Shown here in pieces: positions 28,151 through 37,674 of a stretch of DNA of 64,000 nt. Origin of the DNA: an uncultured delta proteobacterium (GTDB lineage: Bacteria > Myxococcota > Myxococcia > Myxococcales > Anaeromyxobacteraceae); NCBI GenBank assembly GCA_963814585.1, contig CAWFDF010000014.1, positions 256,001-320,000 of the forward strand. The letters run 5' to 3'. The notes beneath the pieces are model-generated. The model was not told the origin of the DNA. It did not search any database and worked only from the letters and a program-made list of their open reading frames with translations. A program made the translations under genes and the position numbers. Within the stretch, counting starts at the first letter, position 1, and every line of letters starts with the position of its first letter.

Positions 28151-29929
28151 TCAGAGCGGGTACTTGTCGGCCGCCACCGCCGCCGCCCCCAGCAGCTTCT
28201 TGGCCTCCAGCAGCCCGGAGGCGTCGTACTTGGTGAAGCGCCGGACGCCGCCCAGCATCATGGTGGCCGTGTCGCCGTCGGCGACGAAGAAGACCGCCCG
28301 CTTGGCCGCCGAGGTCACCTTCTCGACCGCGCCGAAGGTGAAGACCTTGGCCGCGGCGTTGACCAGCGCGCGCCGCTCCTCGGACAGCCTGGGCCCGATC
28401 TTCTCGGCCCGCAGCACGGTGCTCTCGATGGCGAAGATCTGGATGGCCACGTCGGCCAGGGCCAGCAGCACCTCCTGCTCGTCCTTGATCCTGTCCTGGA
28501 ACCTCTGGACCGCGGCGCCCGAGACCACCAGGAAGGCCCTCTTCAGGTTGGCCAGCGTGGCCTTCTCGGCGGCGAACGGGACCGAGGGGTCGATCTCGTC
28601 GAGGGAAGGCGTCATCATCGCCTCCATCGCCTTCATCGCCTCCTTGGTCAGCGGGATCTCGCCCTTCATGGCCCGGCGAAGGATGGTGCCGGGGATGAGC
28701 AGGCGGTTGATCTCGTTGGTGCCCTCGAAGAGCCGGTTGATGCGCTCGTCCCGGTAGAACCGCTCCGCCGGGTACTCCTGCGTGAACCCGTAGCCGCCGT
28801 GCATCTGCACCACGTCGTCCACCACGTCGGCCAGCATCTCCGAGCAGTAGACCTTGGCGATGGCGCACTCGATCGAGTACTCCTCGATGGCCGCCTGGTA
28901 GGCCTCGTAGTAGCTGGGGGCCTCCCTGGAGAGCGTCGCGAGGCGGTCGTCGATCATGCCGGCCAGCCGGTAGATGAGCGCCTCCGAGGCGAAGAGGTCG
29001 GCGCTCCGATCGGCCATCTTCTCGCGCATGGCGCCGAAGCTGGAGATGGGCACGCCGAACTGCTTGCGGACGTTGGTGTAGGCGACGCCCACGCCGAGGG
29101 CGACGCGAGCCGCGCCGGTCACCGCCGCGCCCAGCTTGAAGCGGCCGACGTTGAGCACGTTGAAGGCGATCTTGTGCCCCTTGCCGATCTCGCCCAGCAG
29201 GTTCTCCACCGGCACCTTGGCGTTCTCCAGGATCACCGTGGTGGTCGAGGAGCCCTTGATCCCCATCTTCTTCTCCTCGGGACCGATGGTGACGCCCGGG
29301 AAGTCACGCTCCACCAGGAAGGCGGTGAAGTGCTTGCGGTCGATCTTGGCGAAGACCGTGAAGAGCGTGGCCCAGCCCCCGTTGGTGATGAACTGCTTGG
29401 TCCCCTCCAGCAGGTAGTGCTTCCCGTCGGGGGAGAGGGTGGCGAAGGTGGTGCCGCTCATGGCGTCGGAGCCGGCGCCCGGCTCGGTCAGGCAGTAGGC
29501 CGCCCCCCACTCCCCGCTGATGATCTTCGGCAGGTACTTCTCCTTCTGCGCCCTGGTCCCGTAGTAGATGAGCGGCAGCGTGCCGATGCCGGCGTGGGCA
29601 GAGTAGGAGACCGAGAAGGCGCCGGCGGCGCCCATCCGGTCGGCGCTGATGACGCTGGTGACCTTGTCGAGGTCGAGGCCCCCGAACTCGACCGGCGCGT
29701 CGATCATGAGCAGCCCGGCCTCGCCGGCCTTCCCCAGGAGCTTCATGGGCAGCCCCGGCTCCTGGTGCTCGAGCCTCTCGTAGACCGGCCAGACCTCGTC
29801 GCGCACGAACTTGTCGGCGGTGTCGGCGATGGCCTTCTGCTCCTCGGTGAAGTCCTCGGGGACGAAGACCTCGTCCTTGCTGGCCTCGCTGACGAGGTAC
29901 TCCGCGCCCTTGAAGAGCCTGGCTGCCAT
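28151..29929 (-). CDS. Acyl-CoA dehydrogenase
   Basis: YCLTEPGAGSDA, GTKQFITN, KMGIKGS, QMHGGYG and RLFEGTNEINR. Confidence 0.95.
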   Translation of the reverse strand: MAARLFKGAEYLVSEASKDEVFVPEDFTEEQKAIADTADKFVRDEVWPVYERLEHQEPGLPMKLLGKAGEAGLLMIDAPVEFGGLDLDKVTSVISADRMGAAGAFSVSYSAHAGIGTLPLIYYGTRAQKEKYLPKIISGEWGAAYCLTEPGAGSDAMSGTTFATLSPDGKHYLLEGTKQFITNGGWATLFTVFAKIDRKHFTAFLVERDFPGVTIGPEEKKMGIKGSSTTTVILENAKVPVENLLGEIGKGHKIAFNVLNVGRFKLGAAVTGAARVALGVGVAYTNVRKQFGVPISSFGAMREKMADRSADLFASEALIYRLAGMIDDRLATLSREAPSYYEAYQAAIEEYSIECAIAKVYCSEMLADVVDDVVQMHGGYGFTQEYPAERFYRDERINRLFEGTNEINRLLIPGTILRRAMKGEIPLTKEAMKAMEAMMTPSLDEIDPSVPFAAEKATLANLKRAFLVVSGAAVQRFQDRIKDEQEVLLALADVAIQIFAIESTVLRAEKIGPRLSEERRALVNAAAKVFTFGAVEKVTSAAKRAVFFVADGDTATMMLGGVRRFTKYDASGLLEAKKLLGAAAVAADKYPL

Positions 29930-29985
29930 GTGGTCCTCCCTTTCGAAGCTGGTGACGTCGTCGTCGCTGCGTGGATGGGCGGGCC

Positions 29986-31158
29986 CTAGGCCCGCTCGAA
30001 GATGCCGGCGGCGCCCATGCCGCCGCCGATGCACATGGAGACGGCGCCGTAGCGAGCGCCGGCCCGCTTCAGCTCATTGAGCAGCGTGGCCGTCAGCTTG
30101 GCGCCGGTGCAGCCGAGCGGGTGGCCCAGCGCGATGGCGCCGCCGTTGACGTTGACGCGCGCGGGATCGAGGCCGAGCGCCCGCACGCAGGCCAGCGACT
30201 GGGCGGCGAAGGCCTCGTTCAGCTCGATGACCGCGAGGTCCTCCACCTTCAGCCCGGTCTTCTTGAGGACCGCCGGGATGGCCTCCACCGGGCCGATGCC
30301 CATCAGCTCGGGCGGCACGCCGCGGACGGCGAAGCCGACGAAGCGGGCCAGCGGCCGGGCCCCGGACTGCTTCAGGAAGGCCTCCGAGACCACCAGCACC
30401 GCGGCGGCGCCGTCGGTCATCTGCGAGGCGTTCCCGGCGGTGACGGTGCCGCCCAGCTTGAAGGCGGGCTTGAGCTTGCCCAGCCCCTCGGCCGTGGTGT
30501 CGCGGCGGATCCCCTCGTCGGCGGCGAACCGCTCGGTGCGGCGCTGGACCTTGCCCTTCACCAGGCCGACGGTCTCCACCTCCACCGGCACCAGCTCGTC
30601 CTGGAACTTGCCGGCGTCCTGGGCGGCGGCGGCGCGGCGGTGGCTCTCGGCCGCGAACGCATCCTGGTCGGCGCGGGAGATGGCGTACTTCTCGGCCACC
30701 AGCTCGGCGGTGATGCCCATGGAGGCGTAGGACTCCGGCCAGGTCCCCACCAGCCCCGGGTTGGCGCTGAACTTCCCGCCGCCCATGGGCACCAGGCTCA
30801 TGCTCTCCACCCCGCCGGCGATGATGCAGTCGGCCCCCCCGGTGAGGATCCGCTCGGCGGCGGTGGCGATCGCCTGCAGGCCGGAGGCGCAGAACCGGTT
30901 CACGGTCTGGGCCGGCACCTGGTAGGGCAGCCCGGCCTTGAAGGAGGCGACCCGGGCCACGTTCATCCCCTGCTCCCCCTCGGGGAAGGCGCAGCCGAGG
31001 ATGACGTCCTCGACCAGCATGGGGTCGATCCCGGTCCGCTCCAGCAGCGCCTTGATGGCGACGGCGGCGAGATCGTCGGGGCGGACGTCCTTCAGCTTCC
31101 CCTTCTTGGCCTTGCCGCCTGGGGTGCGGACCGCGGCGAGGACGTAGGCAGCGCTCAT
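29986..31158 (-). CDS. fadA: Acetyl-CoA C-acyltransferase (thiolase)
   Basis: NRFCASG, ELNEAFA, GHPLG and MCIGGGMG. Confidence 0.95.
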   Translation of the reverse strand: MSAAYVLAAVRTPGGKAKKGKLKDVRPDDLAAVAIKALLERTGIDPMLVEDVILGCAFPEGEQGMNVARVASFKAGLPYQVPAQTVNRFCASGLQAIATAAERILTGGADCIIAGGVESMSLVPMGGGKFSANPGLVGTWPESYASMGITAELVAEKYAISRADQDAFAAESHRRAAAAQDAGKFQDELVPVEVETVGLVKGKVQRRTERFAADEGIRRDTTAEGLGKLKPAFKLGGTVTAGNASQMTDGAAAVLVVSEAFLKQSGARPLARFVGFAVRGVPPELMGIGPVEAIPAVLKKTGLKVEDLAVIELNEAFAAQSLACVRALGLDPARVNVNGGAIALGHPLGCTGAKLTATLLNELKRAGARYGAVSMCIGGGMGAAGIFERA

Positions 31159-31209
31159 CGGGATTCTCCGTTCCTTCGAGTCGAGGGCATGGCGTGGTCT
31201 CGAGGCCGC

Positions 31210-33618
31210 TCAGTTGCGGAGCGGCTTCCCCTTCTTGAGCATGTGCTGGATGCGCTCGAGGGTCTTCTTCTGGGTGCAGAGCTTGAGGAAGGCCTCGCGC
31301 TCCAGGTCGAGGAACCACTGCTCGGTGACCACCGTCCCGGCCGGCACGTCGCCGCCGGTGATGACGCCGGCGATGGTCTTGCCGAGCTGCTCCTCGTACT
31401 CGGTGATGAAGCCGCCCATGCGCATGTTCCAGAGCTGCGTGGCGAGGCTGCCGGCCACGCTGCGCCCCGGCGCCTTGAGGTCCATGGCCGGCTGGGCGGG
31501 GCGGTAGTTGGCCGCCAGGGCCAGGACCCGCAGCTTGGCGTCCTGGATGAGCTGGTCGGCGCCCATGGTGATGGTGTCGCCCTGGCGCAGCAGCCCGGTG
31601 CCGAAGAGCTCGGCGGCCGAGCTGCTCACCTTGGCCATGGCGATGGCGCTGAAGCTCTTGAAGAGGAAGGGCGAGACGTCGGTCTCCCACTGGTCGGCCA
31701 GCCGGATGGCGCGCAGCGCCAGCTCCTTGGTGCCGCCGCCGGCCGGCAGCAGGCCAACCCCGATCTCGACCAGCCCCATGTAGGTCTCGGCGTTGGCGAC
31801 CACGGCGTCGGCGTGGAGGCAGACCTCGCAGCCGCCCCCCAGCGCCATGCCGTGCGGCGCGGCCACCACCGGTACGCGGGCGTACTTCACCGCCATCATG
31901 GCCTTCTGGAAGGCGCTCACCGTGAGGGTGACCTCGTCGTAGGCCCCCTCGGCGATGGCCATCACCAGCAGGGCGAGGTTGGCGCCGACCGAGAAGTTGG
32001 TCGCCTGGTTGGCGATCACCAGCCCCTGCCCCTCGGCCTCGGCGCGGCGCACCGCCTTGTGGACCATGGAGAGGACGTCGTTGCCGATGGCGTTCATCTT
32101 GGTGTGGAACTCGAGGGCGAAGACGCCGTCGCCGAGGTCGTGCAGCGAGGCGCCGGAGTTGCGCTCCACCACCTTGCCGGCCTTCTCCAGCAGCAGCAGA
32201 TCGACCTGGCCAGCCGGGAGCGGGACCTCCTTCCAGCCGCCGCCACCCACGTCCCAATAGCGCTTGCGGCCGTCCTGGAAGGCGTAGAACGCCTCGATGC
32301 TCTTGAGCTTCGCCGGCACCGCCACGCCGTCGGCCTCGGCGCGCTTGACGAACTCGGCCACGCCGATGGCGTCGAACATCTCGAAGGGCCCGAGCTCCCA
32401 GTTGAAGCCCCAGCGCATGGCGTTGTCGACGTTGACGACGTCGTCGGCGATCTCGGGGATGCGGTTGAAGGCGTAGATGAGCGTGTCGCGCAGGTTGCGC
32501 CAGGCCAGCTGGGCCCCCTTGTCGCTGCCGGCCAGCACGGTGCGGAGCCGCTTGCCCGGGTCGTCGATCCCCTTGCCGGCCTCGACCGAGGCGAACTTCG
32601 GGCGGCGGCTCGGGGCGTACTCGCCCTTGACGTGGTCGAAGTAGAAGGTCTCCGGCTTGTCGCCCTTGGTCTTCTTGAAGAAGCCCTGCTTCGACTTGTT
32701 GCCGAGCAGCCCCTTCGCCACCATCTGCGACATGAACTCCGGGAGCTTGAAGACCTCGCGCTGCTCGTCCTTGGGCAGCAGCTCCCAGGAGTTCCTCGCC
32801 ACGTGCATCAGGGTGTCGATCCCGACCAGGTCGGCGGTGCGGAAGCAGGCGCTCTTGGGGCGGGCGGTGGCCGGTCCGGCGACGGCGTCGACCTCCTCGA
32901 CGTCCAGGCCGAGCTCCTGCATCTGCTTCACCGCGCTGCAGATGGCGAAGACGCCGATGCGATTGGCCACGAAGTTGGGTGTGTCCTTGCCGAAGACGAT
33001 CCCCTTGCCGAGCCGGCGGCGGATGAAGCCGGCCAGCCCCTCGGCCACGGCCGGGTCGGTGTGCCGGCTCGAGACGATCTCGAGCAGCTTCATGTAGCGG
33101 GGCGGGTTGAAGAAGTGGGTGACCAGGAAGCGCGGCCGCAGCGCCTCGGGGAGCGCATCGGCCAGCTCGTTGACCGAGAGGCCGGAGGTATTGGTGGAGA
33201 GGATGGCGCCGGGCTTCAGGTTGGGGGCGATCTTCTCGGCGAAGAGGGCCTTCTTGATCCCCATGTTCTCGATGACCACCTCGATGACCCAGTCGCACTC
33301 GCGCAGGCGGGCGAGGTCGTCCTCGAGGTTGCCCACCTCGATGCGGGCCAGGTCGGCCGCGAGGAAGATCGGGGACGGCCTCAGCTTCTCCAGCGCGGCG
33401 AGGCCCGCGGCCGGGATCCGGTTGCGGACCGCGGGGTCGCTCGGCTTCAGGCCGGCGGCGCTCTCCTCGGAGGTGAGCGACGGGGGAACGATGTCGAGCA
33501 GCAGGACCTTCAGCCCGGCGTTGACCAGGTGGGCGGCGATGGTGCCGCCCATCACGCCCGCGCCCAGCACCGCCACCTTGTCGATCCGGGGGATCGAACC
33601 GCCAACCGTCGAGCTCAT
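31210..33618 (-). CDS. 3-hydroxyacyl-CoA dehydrogenase / enoyl-CoA hydratase (FadN-type)
   Basis: GAGVMG, STNTSG, HFFNPPRYM and a C-terminal crotonase domain (LGGGCE, GLLPAGGG). GGAGG RBS. Confidence 0.94.
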   Translation of the reverse strand: MSSTVGGSIPRIDKVAVLGAGVMGGTIAAHLVNAGLKVLLLDIVPPSLTSEESAAGLKPSDPAVRNRIPAAGLAALEKLRPSPIFLAADLARIEVGNLEDDLARLRECDWVIEVVIENMGIKKALFAEKIAPNLKPGAILSTNTSGLSVNELADALPEALRPRFLVTHFFNPPRYMKLLEIVSSRHTDPAVAEGLAGFIRRRLGKGIVFGKDTPNFVANRIGVFAICSAVKQMQELGLDVEEVDAVAGPATARPKSACFRTADLVGIDTLMHVARNSWELLPKDEQREVFKLPEFMSQMVAKGLLGNKSKQGFFKKTKGDKPETFYFDHVKGEYAPSRRPKFASVEAGKGIDDPGKRLRTVLAGSDKGAQLAWRNLRDTLIYAFNRIPEIADDVVNVDNAMRWGFNWELGPFEMFDAIGVAEFVKRAEADGVAVPAKLKSIEAFYAFQDGRKRYWDVGGGGWKEVPLPAGQVDLLLLEKAGKVVERNSGASLHDLGDGVFALEFHTKMNAIGNDVLSMVHKAVRRAEAEGQGLVIANQATNFSVGANLALLVMAIAEGAYDEVTLTVSAFQKAMMAVKYARVPVVAAPHGMALGGGCEVCLHADAVVANAETYMGLVEIGVGLLPAGGGTKELALRAIRLADQWETDVSPFLFKSFSAIAMAKVSSSAAELFGTGLLRQGDTITMGADQLIQDAKLRVLALAANYRPAQPAMDLKAPGRSVAGSLATQLWNMRMGGFITEYEEQLGKTIAGVITGGDVPAGTVVTEQWFLDLEREAFLKLCTQKKTLERIQHMLKKGKPLRN

Positions 33619-33698
33619 CGCGCCTCCTTCAAGGCCATCGGACCACGCTGCCGAGTCCTGCGTCGCCGGAGCGTCACTTCCGCTGAGACATGACGGAG

Positions 33699-33714
33699 TG
33701 CAACGACCTGGCCA
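33699..33714 (-). promoter_or_regulatory. Sigma54 -24/-12 promoter of the beta-oxidation operon
   Basis: The minus strand reads TGGCCAG-GTCG-TTGCA with exact GG-N10-GC spacing, about 80 bp upstream of the start. Confidence 0.75.
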
Positions 33715-33811
33715 GCTGATTCGCAGAATGGTGTCAGCCACTCATCTCTTCGTATTCACTGCTCTTAGATTCAGCTATTGACTTGACTTTACGCCGCGGT
33801 GTCTCATGGGA

Positions 33812-33829
33812 TGTCTCGTTCCTGGGACA
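33812..33829. promoter_or_regulatory. Candidate upstream activator site
   Basis: Imperfect palindrome TGTCTC-N6-GGGACA about 100 bp upstream of the sigma54 promoter, with an AT-rich tract in between. Confidence 0.45.
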
Positions 33830-33895
33830 CCGCCGTCCCAGCGCTGATTCATCAGTCAATTCGCCGCACCCTCCCCTCCACCCCTGGAGACCTGG

Positions 33896-35836
33896 ATGCC
33901 CACCCCCCTGAGCCGACCCGTCATCTGGGCCTTCAGCACCAGCCGACTCCGCGCCGGCTTCGAGAGCGTCGCCCCGCTGCTGGCCGACCAGGCCGAGGTC
34001 CACGTCTTCGACGGGGGATTCGAGGAGGCGCTGGAGACGCTGCGAGCCCGGCGCGCCGCCGGTGACCACGTCGATGCCCTGGTCGCCGCCGGGGCCAATG
34101 GCGCCTACCTGCGCGACCACGCCGAGGTCCCGGTGGTGGTGGTCGGCGCCTCCACCGTCGACACCATCGGCGCGCTGCTGCGAGCGCGCCAGTTCTCCCC
34201 CCGCATCGGCGTGGTCAACTTCTCCCGGGTGGTGAGCGGCATCGACCAGGGCGGCTTCCTCATGGGTGACGCCAGGGTCGAGCAGCGCCCGTACCTCACC
34301 CCCGAGGAGGCGCGGACGCAGGTGCTCGACCTGGCCTCCCGCGGCGTCGAGGTGATCGTGGGCCCGGGCCCGGTCTGCGACCTGGCGGAGCAGGCCGGCC
34401 TGAAGTCGGTCCTGCTCTACGGGCAGGACTCGCTGGCCCAGTCCATCCGCCAGGCCATCGAGATCGCCCGCGTCACCCGCGCCGCCGAGGCCCGCCACGA
34501 TCACCTGCGGCTCTTCCTCGACCAGTTCGAGCCGGGCGTGGCGGTGGTGGACCTCGACGAGCGGGTGGTGTCGGCCAACCCGCCACTCCTGCGCCTCCTC
34601 TCGCTGCCGGCCGGCGAGGTGCTGGGGCGGCCGCTCTCGTCGGTGGCCCCGCCGCTGGGCCTGGCGCGGGTGCTCGAGGCCGGGATCGCCGAGGCCGACG
34701 CCCTGGAGCGGATCGGCGGGCGCGCCGTGCTGGTGAGCCGGACGCCGCTCCGCGACCACGGCGCCTTGCGAGGCGCCGCGGCCCTCTGCCAGGAGGCCAC
34801 CACCATCCAGCGCCAGGAGCGGCGGCTCCGCTCCCAGCACCGGCCGCCACGGTTCGAGGCCCGCTACACGCTCTCCGCCATCGTCGGCGACTCGGCCGCC
34901 ATCCGCGGGGTGCGCGCCATGGCCGAGCGCTACGCCCGCACCGACGCCACCGTGCTCATCACCGGCGACAGCGGCACCGGCAAGGAGATGGTGGCGCAGG
35001 GGATCCACGCCGCCGGAAAGCGGCGCGACCACCCGTTCGTGGCCATCAACTGCGCCGCCTTTCCGGAGACGCTGCTGGAGTCGGAGCTGTTCGGCTACGA
35101 GGAGGGGGCCTTCACCGGCTCGCGGCGGGGGGGACGACCCGGCCTGTTCGAGGCGGCCCACCTCGGGACCATCTTCCTCGACGAGGTGGGCGACGTGCCG
35201 CTCACGCTCCAGTCACGCCTGCTGCGCGTCCTGCAGGAGCGGCAGGTGCTCCGGCTCGGCAGCAACGACCCGACCCCGGTCGACGTCCGCGTCATCGCCG
35301 CCACCCACCTCGACCTGCGCGCCGCCGTGGCGGCCGGCCGCTTCCGCGACGACCTCTACTTCCGCCTCCACATCCTCCCCATCCACCTGCCGCCGCTGCG
35401 CGATCGGCACGGCGACGTGCCGGCCATCGCCGGCGACCTGTTGAGGCGGGCCCTGGCGCGCCACGGCGTCCCCGGCGCCCACGCCCGGGCCCTCGCCCGC
35501 GTGCTGCCCCGGCTGGAGGCCTATCGCTGGCCGGGCAACGTCCGCGAGCTGGAGAACGTGCTGGAGCGGGTCGCGGTCCTCTTCGCCGACGGGGCCATCT
35601 CCGACGACGAGCTGGATCTCGAGCTGCGCGCCGCCCTCCCCGAGCTGTTCGGCGGCGTGGCGGCGCCGGCCCGGCCGGAAGGCCTGCGCGCCACCCGCCA
35701 GGCGAGCGAGCAGGCCCAGGTGGAGCGGGTGGTGGCCGAGTGCGGCGGCAACCTGAGCGAGGCGGCCAGGCGGCTCGGCGTGGGTCGCTCGACCCTCTAC
35801 CGGAAGCTGGCTGGCCAGCGCCCGGCCGGCGGGTGA
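33896..35836 (+). CDS. prpR: Sigma54-dependent activator, PrpR-like (PrpR_N, PAS, AAA+, HTH)
   Basis: ALVAAGANGAYL, GDSGTGKE, ESELFGYEEGAFTG, WPGNVREL and a Fis-type HTH. Confidence 0.85.
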   Translation: MPTPLSRPVIWAFSTSRLRAGFESVAPLLADQAEVHVFDGGFEEALETLRARRAAGDHVDALVAAGANGAYLRDHAEVPVVVVGASTVDTIGALLRARQFSPRIGVVNFSRVVSGIDQGGFLMGDARVEQRPYLTPEEARTQVLDLASRGVEVIVGPGPVCDLAEQAGLKSVLLYGQDSLAQSIRQAIEIARVTRAAEARHDHLRLFLDQFEPGVAVVDLDERVVSANPPLLRLLSLPAGEVLGRPLSSVAPPLGLARVLEAGIAEADALERIGGRAVLVSRTPLRDHGALRGAAALCQEATTIQRQERRLRSQHRPPRFEARYTLSAIVGDSAAIRGVRAMAERYARTDATVLITGDSGTGKEMVAQGIHAAGKRRDHPFVAINCAAFPETLLESELFGYEEGAFTGSRRGGRPGLFEAAHLGTIFLDEVGDVPLTLQSRLLRVLQERQVLRLGSNDPTPVDVRVIAATHLDLRAAVAAGRFRDDLYFRLHILPIHLPPLRDRHGDVPAIAGDLLRRALARHGVPGAHARALARVLPRLEAYRWPGNVRELENVLERVAVLFADGAISDDELDLELRAALPELFGGVAAPARPEGLRATRQASEQAQVERVVAECGGNLSEAARRLGVGRSTLYRKLAGQRPAGG

Positions 35837-35839
35837 CGG

Positions 35840-37606
35840 CTAGACCTTCAGCCACTCGAACCAGACCGGGTGGTTGGCCTTGTACCACTCGAGCACGTCG
35901 CGGATGGCCAGCTGCTTGTCGCGCGGCATGACCCGCTCGTCGATCCGGTCCCAGTGGACGCGGATGGACTCACCGTCGTGCTCCAGGGCCTGGGAGAGCA
36001 TGGTCTGCAGCTCGTTCCGGATGCGCCCCGAGTCGGAGATCTTGACCGGCCGCGTCCGGTGGTCGACGCCGGAGATGAAGCGGACCAGCAGCGGGCTGAA
36101 GACGTGCCGGGCCTCCTCCAGCGGCTCCATGAACCGGAAAGTGAAGGTGACGCGAGACGAGGCGCTGCGGGTGGCCAGCAGGGTGGTCACCTTGTAGACG
36201 CCCTCCCCCACCTTCTCGATGCCGCGGGCCCCGGTGTAGGGGTCGTCGTTCATGTACCCGATGCAGGAGAGGACGTGCCAGCCCTTCTCCGGGAGGAAGT
36301 CGTCGGCGTGGAGCACCTTCCGGCCGGTGGGCATGTTGGAGGCCCTCGCCTCCTCGATGGCCTCGGCATAGGCCGTGATCTGCTTCTCCCCGACCTCCTG
36401 GCCGGCGTGGAGCCGCTTCACCTGCGCGGCGAAGTCCGGCGCGGCGGGATCGAGCTGCATCAGCTGGGCCTCCTGGGCGCAGGGCAGGTCGAAGGTGGGC
36501 GAGAACATGGCCATGCTGGCGTCGACGTCGAGCACCTCGGAGAGGCTGGAGGCCTGCATGGCCTCGGCGGTGGCCGCGTAGCCGTCGCAGAGGAAGACGT
36601 GGGGCGCCCCCGCGGCGTCCTTCCAGCTGCCCACCAGGAAGGTCGGGGCGTAGGTGCCGGAGTCGGTGAAGACGGCGTGGCCGGAGGGGGCCTTCCAGCC
36701 GTCCTCGACCAGGTGGCAGCCGGTGGCCTTCCACTCCGCCCAGAGCGGCCCCAGCCGCTTCACCCGGCTCTTCCCGGACAGGGTCCAGACGTGGATGTTC
36801 CTGCGCTCGATGCCCGGGTAGGTGGCCTCGATGGCCGCCGCGACCCGCTCCCGCGGGGTCCGGTAGTCGAGCAGCACGGCGGTCCGCTCGGCCGTGTCGA
36901 CGACCGGCCGGGGCACCGTCAGGCATCCCATGTACGACTCGTAGGGCTTGGAGACGCGGAGCGGGGAGTCGAAGAGGTGGAAGACCGTCATCGGGCCGGT
37001 CGGCTGCCCCTCGGCGAAGCGCGAGGTGCACTCCAGGGTGTCCACCGCCGCGCCCCAGATGGTGATGCCCCGGTCCTTGAGCCAGCCGTGGAACTGCTGG
37101 AAGTCGTGGCCCGGCTCGTTGAGCAGGCGGCGAACCCGCCGATCGACCGTGCGCGCCACCTCGGGCCGGGCGTAGACGCGGCCGAAGCCGAGCAGCGGGT
37201 TGGCCCCCATCTCCGGCGTCTCGCCGGCCTTGGGCATCAGCCCCTCGCCCAGCGAGACCATGATGGCGTGGTCCTCCGGCAGCGTGCGGGTCAGGTGCCA
37301 GAGCCCCTCGCTCATCACGTAGGCGCTGATGGCGTCGGCCGCCTTCTTGGCCTGGTTGTAGGCCTGCTTGTCCTTCCCCTTCCCCTCGCCGAAGCCGCCG
37401 AAGAGGCGGGTGCCGAGCGCCGTGGTCGCGGCGGTGAGCGCCAGGCAGCGGGTGATGCCCCGCGGCGTGAAGCTGTGCGAGCTGACCGGATCGGCCTGGG
37501 CCCGCTCCACCTCCACGTCCTCGAGCCAGAGGTGGAAGCGGAGGAGCACGGGCCGGGTGTCGAAGGCCCACTGCGCGATGACGTTTCGCTTCTCGAGGTC
37601 GGTCAT
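35840..37606 (-). CDS. Hypothetical protein, distant GlpX (class II FBPase)-like
   Basis: 588 aa with clean coding bias. KKAADA, VSLGEG, AVDTLECT and ESYMGCL are collinear with GlpX motifs. The CDS is secure; the function is tentative. Confidence 0.6.
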   Translation of the reverse strand: MTDLEKRNVIAQWAFDTRPVLLRFHLWLEDVEVERAQADPVSSHSFTPRGITRCLALTAATTALGTRLFGGFGEGKGKDKQAYNQAKKAADAISAYVMSEGLWHLTRTLPEDHAIMVSLGEGLMPKAGETPEMGANPLLGFGRVYARPEVARTVDRRVRRLLNEPGHDFQQFHGWLKDRGITIWGAAVDTLECTSRFAEGQPTGPMTVFHLFDSPLRVSKPYESYMGCLTVPRPVVDTAERTAVLLDYRTPRERVAAAIEATYPGIERRNIHVWTLSGKSRVKRLGPLWAEWKATGCHLVEDGWKAPSGHAVFTDSGTYAPTFLVGSWKDAAGAPHVFLCDGYAATAEAMQASSLSEVLDVDASMAMFSPTFDLPCAQEAQLMQLDPAAPDFAAQVKRLHAGQEVGEKQITAYAEAIEEARASNMPTGRKVLHADDFLPEKGWHVLSCIGYMNDDPYTGARGIEKVGEGVYKVTTLLATRSASSRVTFTFRFMEPLEEARHVFSPLLVRFISGVDHRTRPVKISDSGRIRNELQTMLSQALEHDGESIRVHWDRIDERVMPRDKQLAIRDVLEWYKANHPVWFEWLKV

Positions 37607-37674
37607 GGGTGGTCGCCCGGGTGTCACGCCTGCGTGAGGCGGCATTGTAGCGTGAGTCGCGCTAAGTTGGACGG

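Noticed and set aside
29971..33693. Very long alternative-frame ORFs (e.g. 1240 aa here; also 5868-8654, 30074-33298 and 7256-9874)
   Set aside because: They are antisense or off-frame shadows of well-supported genes, expected from stop-codon scarcity at high GC, and carry no motifs.
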